NCBI GenBank assembly: GCA_944391115.1
Contig: CALXSJ010000012.1
Coordinates: 41,630-105,629, forward strand
Source: an uncultured Victivallales bacterium
GTDB taxonomy: Bacteria; Verrucomicrobiota; Lentisphaeria; Victivallales; UBA1829
Direction of reading: 5' to 3'
DNA length: 64,000 bases
Positions 34,885 to 43,832 of this stretch are shown here, piece after piece (position 1 is the first letter of the stretch; each line of letters opens with the position of its first letter). A model generated the notes under the pieces. The model was not told the origin of the DNA. It was given only the letters and a program-made list of their open reading frames with translations, and did not search any database. A program made the translations under genes and the position numbers.

Positions 34885-35991
34885 ATGGAGAAAATGAGAA
34901 AGATCATACATGTCGACATGGACGCCTTTTATGCCTCCGTGGAGATCCGCGACAATCCCTCCCTCCGTGGAAAGCCCGTGATTGTCGGCGGAATGCCGAA
35001 TACGCGGGGGGTGGTCTGCACCTGTTCCTATGAGGCAAGAAAGTTCGGGGTTCATTCCGCCATGCCTTCCGCGCGGGCGCATCAGCTCTGCCCTCAGGGG
35101 ATTTTTCTGCATCCCCGCTTTGATGTCTACAGCGAAGTATCCCGCCGGATCCGGAGAATTTTCTTCGACTATACGGATCTCGTCGAACCGCTGTCCCTCG
35201 ACGAGGCTTACCTGGATGTGACCGACAACAAGCGCGGCATTCCCTATGCCACGAGAATCGCCCGTGAAATCAAGGCGCGGATCTGCCGGGAAACCGGCGG
35301 ACTGACGGCTTCGGCCGGAGTTTCCTTCAATAAATTTTTCGCAAAGGTCGCCTCCGACATGCACAAACCAGACGGCCTGACCGTGATTCCTCCCGCCGCG
35401 GCGGACGAATTTCTCGAAACGCTTCCGATTGGAAAGTTCTACGGCGTCGGAAAAGTGACCGAGAAGCATTTTCTGAAAATGGGAATTAAAAACGGAGGCG
35501 ATCTGAAAAAGCTTTCCAGACTGGAACTGATGAAGGCCTTTGGGAAAACAGGCGGATTCTATTATGACATCGCGCGCGGCATCGATACGCGCATGGTCGA
35601 GCCGAACCGCGAACGGAAATCCCTCGGCACCGAGGTGACGTTCCAGAGCGATATCAGCGATCTGACGGAAATGATTCCCGTTCTTCAGCGGCAGTCGCAG
35701 GAGGTCTCGGACGAGCTCCGCAGAAAAGGGCTTGCGGGACGGACGGTCACGCTCAAAGTCAAATTCTTCAACTTCAAGTCCATCACGCGGAGCCGCACGC
35801 TGGACGCCTGCACGGACAATGCCGATATCATCGCCTCCGTCGCCCGGGAACTTCTGCTTGCCACGGAGGCCGGAACCGTTGCGGTCAGATTGCTGGGCGT
35901 CACGGTTTCCAATTTCCCCGAGGAGGAGAAAATTGAGACTCCGACCGGTGTCTGGCTGCAGCCGGAGTTCGATTTCGGCGAGGAACTCTGA
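34885..35991 (+). CDS. dinB: DNA polymerase IV (Y-family)
   Basis: IIHVDMDAFYASVEIRDNPSLRGKPVIVGG...SLDEAYLDVT. An alternative ATG lies at 34894. Confidence 0.9.
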   Translation: MEKMRKIIHVDMDAFYASVEIRDNPSLRGKPVIVGGMPNTRGVVCTCSYEARKFGVHSAMPSARAHQLCPQGIFLHPRFDVYSEVSRRIRRIFFDYTDLVEPLSLDEAYLDVTDNKRGIPYATRIAREIKARICRETGGLTASAGVSFNKFFAKVASDMHKPDGLTVIPPAAADEFLETLPIGKFYGVGKVTEKHFLKMGIKNGGDLKKLSRLELMKAFGKTGGFYYDIARGIDTRMVEPNRERKSLGTEVTFQSDISDLTEMIPVLQRQSQEVSDELRRKGLAGRTVTLKVKFFNFKSITRSRTLDACTDNADIIASVARELLLATEAGTVAVRLLGVTVSNFPEEEKIETPTGVWLQPEFDFGEEL

Positions 35992-36016
35992 ACGTCTTCC
36001 GCTTCTTTCCGCGCTC

Positions 36017-38122
36017 TCAGCGAACGGGAACGGAGAGCTCCCGGCCTTTACTCCTTCCGGTTTCCTGCTGGAGTGCATGCGGACGCTCCGCCGTCCGGCG
36101 GGCGGAACGGGTCTTCTCCGCGGCTTCCCCGAGAAGCGGAGCCAGAACCGATGCGAATCCGTGGCAGCAGCTTGCCATGGGCGTTTCCTTTTCCCAGAGA
36201 GTGCCCGTTTCCCGCGCCATGGGAAGGAGTTTTTCGACGCTTTCGGCGAGCAGCTGGCGGAATCTTCCCGCCGTGCGCAGGCTTTCAAAGCGGAGAATCA
36301 GTCCGATGAACATGGCCGCCGGAACCATCCGGCCGTTCTTTCCTCCGTCAAGCAGGCGTTTCCTCCATCCGGCAAAACGGGGATCGGCATCGGAGAGCTC
36401 CAGGCAGAAGTCCGCGTAATACTGGCAGATTTCACTGATGTTTCCGCCTTTTTCCGGCAGGGGGCCGCCGTCCGGCGCGTTGTCGCGGAACCATTCGCCG
36501 TCGAAGGAGCGTTCGATGATTTTCTCCTGCAATTCCTCCGCCTGATCCAGAAATGCGCGGTCGCCGTAACAGAGTCCGGCCTCTTTCAGGCATTTCCGGT
36601 AGAGCATGTTTGTCGGGAAGTGCACTCCCTGGAAAAACTCTTCCGCGCGGGACCATTCGATGAAGTTCCAGCCGGGAAGATTTTCCAGAAATCCCTCCCT
36701 GTTCCGGCAGCGGCCGCATCCTGCGATGTACTTGCGGAAGCGCGGCTCCAGGAGTCCTGTGAAATCCCTTCCTCTTCCGCGCTTCCGTTTCTCGAAGATT
36801 TCAAGGAAGAGCCAGAACGGCCACTGCGGCAGAAAACTTTTCCGGGGATTGTCCGCCGGAAAGCACATCGGGATCATCCACTCCTCCGGAAGGGGATAGG
36901 AGTCGGGCAGGAAATAGTTTTCCAGAAAATCATCCTCCACATCGCTGCGTCCGGTCAGGAAGAATTCCGCGCGCGCCATGAAAAAACTGTCGCAGAGCCA
37001 GGCTGCGCGCTCCCGCCCGGGGCAGTCCATGAACACGTCCACAGCATTCTGTCGGAAGGTTTCGCATGCCGCCTCGTAGACGGTGTTTTCCTGCGGCGAA
37101 AAGAGCCGCCGGCTTTCCCGCGGCAGGAACCGCGCCGCATCGAAGGCGTATTCGCGGAGACGCACGCATTTCACCCGGACATTTCCGGAAAGAACGGCGG
37201 CGCATACGCAGCGCATCGCGTAAGGTTCGAAACTCTCAAAGGATATGGTCTTTCCTCCGAGCACCCGGAGACGGATGAAGTTGTTCGCCCAGTAAGCCCT
37301 CCGGAAATCGTATGTGCCGTGCAGAAGGAGTTCGTCCCATCCGATCAGGAGTTCGGATTCCTCCTGCGCTTCCAGATCCAGAATCAGGAATCCGCTGCGG
37401 AGTTTGCCGAAGTCATAGACGCGGTAGGTTTCGCCGCTTCCGCCGATCCGGCACGCCTCCAGGATTTTCGCCGGGACGGTCTCCGCAAAATCCGCTTCCC
37501 GTGTATCGAGCGAGGCGGAATGGAGCAGGCGCGCCTCGTGAATTTCGGAGAGCACGGGAGGCGGCGCGGAGCGTTCGATGAGGCGCGGCAGCGGTATGCT
37601 TTCTTCCGCGAGTTCGCGCAGCGGCGGATTTTTCTGAAGAAACCAGTCTGCCGCGGCGGGATTCCGTGTGAAGTCATATTGTTCCATCAGATCGCGCTGA
37701 TGCGTCAGCTTCGGCGCCTGCCAGTTCCGGAAGGGGAGCGCAAAGATCCGGAAGGTTTTCCCGTCCCCAGTCATGCCGGAAAAATTGCCCGCGCCGTCAA
37801 GGAAGGCGGCTTTCAGGAACGGCTGCTGTTTCGGATAATAGAAATTTTCCGTCTGATAGGCCGTCACTTCGATTGAAACCAGAGCGCGGGGGGCGGCCGA
37901 TACCGGAATCCGTTCCGTCCGGGCGAATCCGAGCGGTGCGCGCGCAGGTCCGTAGCTGATGACTTCTCCGTTGATGCGCAGGCGGTAGACCGAGGCGGCG
38001 GCGAGAAGGATTTCAGTCGTGCCCGCGGGGAGTTCTGCAAGAAATCCAAGTGCCGGCGCGTGGTCCGCCCAGATCCCGGACACGCACTTCCATTCCCTGT
38101 CTCTCATTTGTGAAACCGTCAT
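36017..38122 (-). CDS. six-hairpin glycosidase, alpha-L-rhamnosidase (GH78)-like, apparently cytoplasmic
   Basis: Start at MTVSQMRDREW (complement of 38120-38122). MDCPGRERAAWLCDSFF resembles the GH78 DCPxRER-GW-GD motif. No signal peptide. Confidence 0.75.
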   Translation of the reverse strand: MTVSQMRDREWKCVSGIWADHAPALGFLAELPAGTTEILLAAASVYRLRINGEVISYGPARAPLGFARTERIPVSAAPRALVSIEVTAYQTENFYYPKQQPFLKAAFLDGAGNFSGMTGDGKTFRIFALPFRNWQAPKLTHQRDLMEQYDFTRNPAAADWFLQKNPPLRELAEESIPLPRLIERSAPPPVLSEIHEARLLHSASLDTREADFAETVPAKILEACRIGGSGETYRVYDFGKLRSGFLILDLEAQEESELLIGWDELLLHGTYDFRRAYWANNFIRLRVLGGKTISFESFEPYAMRCVCAAVLSGNVRVKCVRLREYAFDAARFLPRESRRLFSPQENTVYEAACETFRQNAVDVFMDCPGRERAAWLCDSFFMARAEFFLTGRSDVEDDFLENYFLPDSYPLPEEWMIPMCFPADNPRKSFLPQWPFWLFLEIFEKRKRGRGRDFTGLLEPRFRKYIAGCGRCRNREGFLENLPGWNFIEWSRAEEFFQGVHFPTNMLYRKCLKEAGLCYGDRAFLDQAEELQEKIIERSFDGEWFRDNAPDGGPLPEKGGNISEICQYYADFCLELSDADPRFAGWRKRLLDGGKNGRMVPAAMFIGLILRFESLRTAGRFRQLLAESVEKLLPMARETGTLWEKETPMASCCHGFASVLAPLLGEAAEKTRSARRTAERPHALQQETGRSKGRELSVPVR

Positions 38123-38334
38123 GAAGCGTGATCCTCTAGTTGATGTCGTTTGAATGTGCGTTGTTATATCATGACGCATGGATCCGGAAATCGCAAGAGG
38201 GAAAACGGGAGAGGCCGGAGGAAAAGAGTGGAAAAACATGTTTTTGTGCATTTTGAATGAAAAATAATCATAAAGTGCATTTTTTATTCAAAAAAATCAG
38301 GTTAATATCGCGATGCTCTGCATCGCCAGAAATT

Positions 38335-38586
38335 GCTTCGTGCTCTCCAGTGAGTCCTGGTGCGGTCCAGCTGTGCAAGCCGGCCGCCGGAGGCGGGGGA
38401 TTTCGTGCTTCGCACGCCCAGCGTTTCGCCGCTGGATCACGCCAAGGGCCGGAAGGCCCTTGACCCCGCGAAAAATGCTGATGCATTTTTCCGTAATGAA
38501 AAAATAATTTGCAGAGCAAATTATGCTTCGTGCTCTCCAGTGAGTCCTGGTGCGGTCCAGCTGCGCAGGCCGGCAGCCGGAGGCGG
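38335..38586. repeat. tandem element, period 190 bp, with a 62-bp conserved core (38335-38396 and 38525-38586)
   Basis: The cores are 59/62 identical and the first 39 nt are identical. The 128-nt segment between the cores is not repeated. It contains perfect hairpins: aagggcc-GGAA-ggccctt, gaaaaatgc-tgat-gcatttttc, cgtgc-ttc-gcacg and ccagcg-tttcgc-cgctgg. Degenerate flank similarity extends to about 38311-38640. Confidence 0.7.
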
Positions 38587-38789
38587 AATCCCCGATAGAG
38601 CGCATGCTTGCATCGCGGTAATTGATTTCTCGGAAAAGAATGCTTAAAAATATCTTTGATCCGTTTCATGACGGGTATTTTTTCTGGTTTTTACGGACAA
38701 AAAAGATACAATGATGATTTTATCGAATTAAAATGCACATAAAAAAGAAAAAAAACAGATAAATTCCCTTCCGGAAAGATTTTTCTTCC

Positions 38790-38817
38790 TTGTCAAACAG
38801 TGCTTTTTCATTATAAT
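38790..38817 (+). promoter_or_regulatory. sigma70-type promoter of the cassette-4 pseudopilin-like gene
   Basis: TTGTCA (38790-38795), 16 nt, TATAAT (38812-38817). A-tracts lie upstream. A direct repeat AATATCCGG at 38815-38823 and 38842-38850 follows the -10. Confidence 0.5.
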
Positions 38818-38863
38818 ATCCGGCAGAGCAATCATTCGGGAAATATCCGGTTGTAAAAAACTT

Positions 38864-39790
38864 ATGAATGCAAAACAGCTTCGGCGGGGAGAAAAAATCA
38901 TGAAAGCGGCAAACATCCTGACTGACGGGAATTTGTTTCAGAACGCCTCCGTGCGTCGGAGAATCCGGCGTGCGGTTCTCTTTTTCCATCTGCGGCGCGG
39001 ATTCGGAAAAAGGAAGGAAAACCTCTTCGGCGGCGGAAGAAACTTTCCGGCATGTTTCACTTTGATCGAGCTCCTGGTCTGCATTGCGATCATCGCCATT
39101 CTGGCTTCGCTTCTGCTGCCGGCTCTGAATACCGCGAAAGAGAAGGCGCGCGGCATTTCCTGCCTTTCCAATCTGAAACAGTGCGGAGTGGCGCTCTACT
39201 CCTATGCCGCGGACTACAGGGACTATGTCGCGCTCCGGCAGGGCGGAACCGGATGGGTCTCCTTCTATGCGAACGTTCCGGACGAGCGTCTGGCCAACCG
39301 TCCCGACAGCGGAATGAAATATCTGGCGACCTCCTGTGTGATCTGCCCGTCCGCAAAACCCGGAAAGTATGACACGGGCTCAAGCGATGCTGCGAAAGTC
39401 GCCTACGGATACAATTACACGAGCATGGTTGCGCGCGGGACGTTCAATCTCGCTCCCGGCGATTACGATCTGATCTTCCGTCTCCGGGATCCGAAACAGA
39501 ATCTCAAGGCAATCAAGGATCGCATCACCACAATGAATCCGAACTGCGACACAATGGTTCTTCTTTTCGATTCCTGGTCCGTCGGACAGCAGTCCCAGTG
39601 GACCTGGGGAAATCCGCAGCCGACGCTTTCCGCGACGGATTCAACGATCGGTCTTCATCACGGGAAGCGGGGCAATGCGCTGATCGCGGACGGAAGCGCG
39701 GGCGCCTATGACCGGCCTGGCGTATGGGAGCGTCTCGGCTTCAACATGGCGGCAGTCGGCGAGGCGTCGCAGTATCTTCCCACACATTGA
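38864..39790 (+). CDS. prepilin-type N-terminal domain / H-X9-DG pseudopilin-like protein (unusually long leader)
   Basis: [43 protein letters not shown] and [13 protein letters not shown] (H-X9-DG). The start is uncertain. ATG 38900 has a GGGGAG SD, while ATG 38864 has none. Confidence 0.8.
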   Translation: MNAKQLRRGEKIMKAANILTDGNLFQNASVRRRIRRAVLFFHLRRGFGKRKENLFGGGRNFPACFTLIELLVCIAIIAILASLLLPALNTAKEKARGISCLSNLKQCGVALYSYAADYRDYVALRQGGTGWVSFYANVPDERLANRPDSGMKYLATSCVICPSAKPGKYDTGSSDAAKVAYGYNYTSMVARGTFNLAPGDYDLIFRLRDPKQNLKAIKDRITTMNPNCDTMVLLFDSWSVGQQSQWTWGNPQPTLSATDSTIGLHHGKRGNALIADGSAGAYDRPGVWERLGFNMAAVGEASQYLPTH

Positions 39791-39896
39791 AGTGATGAAG
39801 TCGCCGCCCCGGCCGCTCTGCGCAGGCGGACGGATGCGGATGATCTTCAGAAGAAATACCCTGTTCATTACAAAAGAAAAGAGGATTGCACACAAA

Positions 39897-42707
39897 ATGA
39901 TTCCAATTCAGAAGAAAATTCTGTTCGGCGCCTGCTGGCTGCTGCCGATCTTCGGTCTGGCGGCTGCGGAGACTCTTTTGAATCTCAAGGCGGATACGGG
40001 AACGGAGACTCGGATCGAACGGGCGGCGAATCCCGCCGGAAAAGGCAAGGTCTTCGCATTCAGCTGTGCGGTGGACCGCTATGCTTCCCTCAAACTGCCG
40101 AAATCCCCGGGAGCGAACTATACCCTGACCGCATGGTTCAATCCGGACGGCATTCCGGACCGGATCGGGAAATTCACGCTGCTCGGCGAACACGGCGGCC
40201 GTCTCCGTCTTTCCTATCTTCCGTCCAAACAGTTTGAAGTCGAGTTTAAGCTTGCGAACGGGAAACGGGAAGTTATCAAAACCAGGGCGCTTCCCTCCGA
40301 CCGGTGGTATCATGTCGCGTTTGTCTGCCTCGGGGACAAGCGCCGCGCCCGGATTTACGTCAACGGGGAGATTCATCATCAGAGCGTGATCGCCGACGCG
40401 CCCGCGCCGCCTGAAGGGGAACTTTTCCTCGGCTGTGCCGATCCTGCCGCGGCGCGTCCGTTCTGGTGCAACGGATTCGCCGATGAGATCCGTCTTTACG
40501 ATACGGTTTTTGAATCCTGGGACGTCAAGAAGATTTTTCAGGGGGAGGCCGCGCGCTATACGCTTCCGAAAACTCCCGTACCGACCGGAAAAGCGCAGGC
40601 TGCACGTCCGTTCGTTCTTCTTCCGCCTTTTGCGGACAACGCCGTATCCGAGCGGAAGAAACAGCTTCTGCGAAAGGAGATTCCCGTGCAGCTGGAACAG
40701 TATCTTGCCGCAATCCGGAAATACCGTGCGGAGATCGATGCTTATCTCGGCGCCCGTTCATGCTTTCAGAAGGAGCGCATCGGAAAACGGGTGGAAATTG
40801 TCGGGAATCTTGCCGCCTTCATCCGGAAAAATCTGGATTCCGGCGATCTGACGGGGCTCTGTTCCGCCGCGAACGGCATCCGGGACATGAAACGTTTCGT
40901 CGATTATTTTCAGCTGGAGGCGGAATGCATCGCGAAATTTCCGTGGCTGCCGGAGGGCGGACTCCCCGGCAACAACCCGAAGATTTTCAGCGTCCGTGAT
41001 TTCGGCGCGAAGGGCGACGGCGTGACGGACGACTCCGCCGCGTTCGTCCGCGCGCTGGATGCCGTGAAACAGTGCGCCGGAGCGCCCGCCGTGCTCCGGA
41101 TTCCTTCGGGGGTCTACTTTTTCAACAGCTTTGTTCCGGCGAAGGGAAAGCCTGCGGAAAAGGGCGGCTGCCATGTGCGGATTCCGAAGCTGGAAAACGC
41201 GCTGATCGAAGGGGAGAATCCCGAAACGACGAAATTCCTCTTCGGGCGTCCGCAGGCGGCGGGAATTTTCATGGATGCGTGCCGCAATGTCACGGTGCGC
41301 AATCTGATGCTCCAGTATAAAAAGACGCCCTTCTGCCAGGGAACCGTTCTTGAGGTGAATGTTCCGGCGAACACGGTTACGATTCAGCTTGATCCGGGCA
41401 CGCTGGCTCCGGACGATCCCGTCTACAAGGCGAATCCGCGTTTCCAGTGCTGCACGGCGTATACGCCCGACGGCAGGCTGGTCCGCACGCAGTTCCTGGT
41501 CTACAACGAAAAGAAGGCGGATTCCCTCGGGAACGGGAAATACCGGATTTACATGGACAGGCGCTATTCTGTCCGCCACGTCCGTCCCGGGCTGAAGTTC
41601 GTGATTCCGAACCGCGACGGCGCGTATCCGTGCTTCCCGACCGGCGACAGCACGCTCTGCACGGCGGAAAACATCTATATCCGCAACTCTCCCGCGGCGG
41701 CCTTTCAGACCTGGGGGGGATTCTGGAACTCCTGGACGAAATGCCGTCTTTATCCGCTTCCGGGGCTCTGTCTGGCCTCCAATGCCGACTTCCTGATTTC
41801 CGGCAACGGCACGTATCTGTCCCGCTGCTCCGTGAAGAATCCGGGTGACGACTGCTTCAACGTTTTCGTCGGCGGAAAGAATGTCGTCGAAGCGGAAGGC
41901 ACTCATGCGCGCTATCCCGCGATGCCTGGCCGTTCCATTCCCGGCAACACCCTTGCCTTCCTCTCCGGCGAAACCGGACAGACGCTTGCGCTCGCGACCA
42001 TCAAAAGCCAGTCACGGATGGGCGGAGACACCGTCGCCGTTCTGGAGGAGGCGCTTCCGGATACCATCGTCAGCCGGAAAAAAGGCGGCCTGAAGAAACT
42101 CTCTCCGGTTCAGGAGGACCTTGTCTCCCGCGCGCTGATCCGCTACGAGTTCCGGCGGGACGCCGTCTACGACTCCCGCCAGTGGGGCATCGGATCGGTC
42201 GCCAGCGGCAATTCGTTTGCGCATGCCCGCGCCGGGATCAACATCCAGTCCGCCTGTTCGCTGGTGGAGAACAACACGTTTGAAAACATTCCGATGGGAG
42301 TCGGCATTGCGGTTTCCTGTCTGCTCGGCGTGCATGAGGGACCCGCACCCTACTGCATCACCGTGCGCGGCAACACCGTCAACGATGCCTGGGCGGGGCT
42401 CCGGACTTTCACCTTTGTCCAGAATATGGCTCCCGCGCAGTGCGCCCCGATCCGCGCTCTCGTTTTCGAGAACAACCGCTGGAGCAATACGGGCGGACTG
42501 ATCGTGAAAAATCTTTCCGACTCCGTTTTCCGCGGGAACACGATTGCCGGGGGGAACGGCGTGAATTCGTTCGGAGAGAAAATGAACCGGATTTCGGTGG
42601 ACCGTTCCGCAAATCTCCTGTTCAGCGGCAATGTCTGTCTCGGACGCCCGCTGACGCAGAACGATCTTCTTCTGAAAGAGTGCGGAAACGGCATTCTCGT
42701 GAAATAG
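39897..42707 (+). CDS. exported LamG-like + right-handed beta-helix (pectate-lyase-fold) protein, putative polysaccharide-degrading enzyme
   Basis: Start at MIPIQKKILFGACWLLPIFGLAAA (ATG 39897). The LamG-like region reads LTAWFNPDG...WYHVAFVC...IYVNGE...ADEIRLYD. The beta-helix N-cap motif is FSVRDFGAKGDGVTDDSAAFVRAL. Confidence 0.8.
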   Translation: MIPIQKKILFGACWLLPIFGLAAAETLLNLKADTGTETRIERAANPAGKGKVFAFSCAVDRYASLKLPKSPGANYTLTAWFNPDGIPDRIGKFTLLGEHGGRLRLSYLPSKQFEVEFKLANGKREVIKTRALPSDRWYHVAFVCLGDKRRARIYVNGEIHHQSVIADAPAPPEGELFLGCADPAAARPFWCNGFADEIRLYDTVFESWDVKKIFQGEAARYTLPKTPVPTGKAQAARPFVLLPPFADNAVSERKKQLLRKEIPVQLEQYLAAIRKYRAEIDAYLGARSCFQKERIGKRVEIVGNLAAFIRKNLDSGDLTGLCSAANGIRDMKRFVDYFQLEAECIAKFPWLPEGGLPGNNPKIFSVRDFGAKGDGVTDDSAAFVRALDAVKQCAGAPAVLRIPSGVYFFNSFVPAKGKPAEKGGCHVRIPKLENALIEGENPETTKFLFGRPQAAGIFMDACRNVTVRNLMLQYKKTPFCQGTVLEVNVPANTVTIQLDPGTLAPDDPVYKANPRFQCCTAYTPDGRLVRTQFLVYNEKKADSLGNGKYRIYMDRRYSVRHVRPGLKFVIPNRDGAYPCFPTGDSTLCTAENIYIRNSPAAAFQTWGGFWNSWTKCRLYPLPGLCLASNADFLISGNGTYLSRCSVKNPGDDCFNVFVGGKNVVEAEGTHARYPAMPGRSIPGNTLAFLSGETGQTLALATIKSQSRMGGDTVAVLEEALPDTIVSRKKGGLKKLSPVQEDLVSRALIRYEFRRDAVYDSRQWGIGSVASGNSFAHARAGINIQSACSLVENNTFENIPMGVGIAVSCLLGVHEGPAPYCITVRGNTVNDAWAGLRTFTFVQNMAPAQCAPIRALVFENNRWSNTGGLIVKNLSDSVFRGNTIAGGNGVNSFGEKMNRISVDRSANLLFSGNVCLGRPLTQNDLLLKECGNGILVK

Positions 42708-42768
42708 AAGAAACGGAAGAGGGTTCCGGTCTGGAAAAATTCCTGAGAACGTGTATAGTCCTGATGAT

Positions 42769-43818
42769 ATGACGAAGCGAACTTATACAACCTGCGCGCG
42801 GACCGAGGAGCTGCTGCGCGACTACATCCGGACCATGATGATCGCCAATCAGGACCGTCTGCCCGGGGAGCAGGCGCTTGCGGAGATCCTTCATGTTTCC
42901 CGGCGGACGCTTCACAAGGCCCTTCTGAAAATGGAGGAGCGCGGCCTCCTTGCCCGGGACGGCCGTTTCCGCCGCTATGCGCAGGAATACCGGAATCTCG
43001 CCCGGGCCGGGAAGATCCTGTTTCTTTCCGTCGGGCGGCATTACACGTTTCAGCTTCCTGCGATGGAGCGGCTCTGGAACATGCTGCATCCGCTGCTGCT
43101 CCGTCACGGGGCGGACGTAAGACTTTTCCTGACCGGCCCGGAAAGCGATCCGAAAAGCATCGTCGAGCAGATCGGGCATGCCGACGTCATTCTTTACGCG
43201 GGCTGCCTGTCCGCTGACCGCGGTCCGGTCATGGATGTTCTGTTTCAGAGCCAGGACGAAAAGACCGTCATCAGTCTGATTGAAACGCAGACGCAGAACT
43301 TCCGCAATATGATCGTGCTGGACAACTATGCCGCGGGGCGGATGGCCGCGGAATACCTGATGGATTCCGGTTGCCGGAAAATGCTCGGCATCTGGGAGTT
43401 CTGCAACAATCTCGATTTTTCAAGGCGTGCACAGGGATTTGCCGACAGTCTCGGCACGCATCATCTCGGCGGCATCGAATCGATTCTGTGGGTGCCGCCG
43501 CACGGTACCGTTTCCGGAATGAGGGAAACGGTCGACTGGGCGCTTGGCGAGAGGTTTGACGGACTCTTTCTCATGAGCGATGAACGCATTGCCGATCTGC
43601 TGCGCGGGCCAATCCGTTCCGGCCGGGTTCCCGGAGGGACGCAAATCATCACGATCGACGGCACGCAGGAGTGTCTGCGCATGACGCCGGTCATTCCCTA
43701 CATCAACCATGCAAGCGACAGAATCGCCGAGGAGATTCTGGAACAGATCACGCTGATTGCGCGCAGAACCTTCCGGAATGTCCGGAAGCATGTCTATCCG
43801 ACGCTCTGCCGGCACTGA
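42769..43818 (+). CDS. GntR-family HTH regulator with LacI-type sugar-binding domain (AraR-like)
   Basis: DRLPGEQALAEILHVSRRTLHKALLKMEERGLLARDG, then a PBP-like domain (MIVLDNYAAGRMAAEYLMDSGCRKMLGI). The ORF-track start at 42751 is a GTG. The first in-frame ATG is at 42769. Confidence 0.8.
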   Translation: MTKRTYTTCARTEELLRDYIRTMMIANQDRLPGEQALAEILHVSRRTLHKALLKMEERGLLARDGRFRRYAQEYRNLARAGKILFLSVGRHYTFQLPAMERLWNMLHPLLLRHGADVRLFLTGPESDPKSIVEQIGHADVILYAGCLSADRGPVMDVLFQSQDEKTVISLIETQTQNFRNMIVLDNYAAGRMAAEYLMDSGCRKMLGIWEFCNNLDFSRRAQGFADSLGTHHLGGIESILWVPPHGTVSGMRETVDWALGERFDGLFLMSDERIADLLRGPIRSGRVPGGTQIITIDGTQECLRMTPVIPYINHASDRIAEEILEQITLIARRTFRNVRKHVYPTLCRH

Positions 43819-43832
43819 GCGGAGGATTCGCT

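Noticed and set aside
33517-36288. 923-aa ORF on the minus strand, the longest 'gene-like' ORF in this part of the window
   Set aside because: It is entirely antisense to the well-supported GPH symporter and dinB genes. Its translation is Arg/Gly/Pro-rich low complexity with no recognisable domain. This is a typical stop-poor shadow frame of GC-rich coding DNA.
35732-37876. 714-aa plus-strand ORF
   Set aside because: It overlaps the dinB 3' end in another frame and is antisense to the GH78-like gene. No domain is recognisable.
38335-38586. CRISPR array, or a tandem glycine/cobalamin riboswitch, as an explanation of the two repeats
   Set aside because: There are only two (perhaps 2.5) copies. 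The 62-bp cores are separated by a 128-bp spacer, and there are no cas genes in the window. The minus strand has CUGGAGAG-like and the plus strand GGUGCGGUCCAGCUG-like strings. However, the diagnostic glycine (ACCGAAGG...) and B12-box (GCCACUG) elements are absent.
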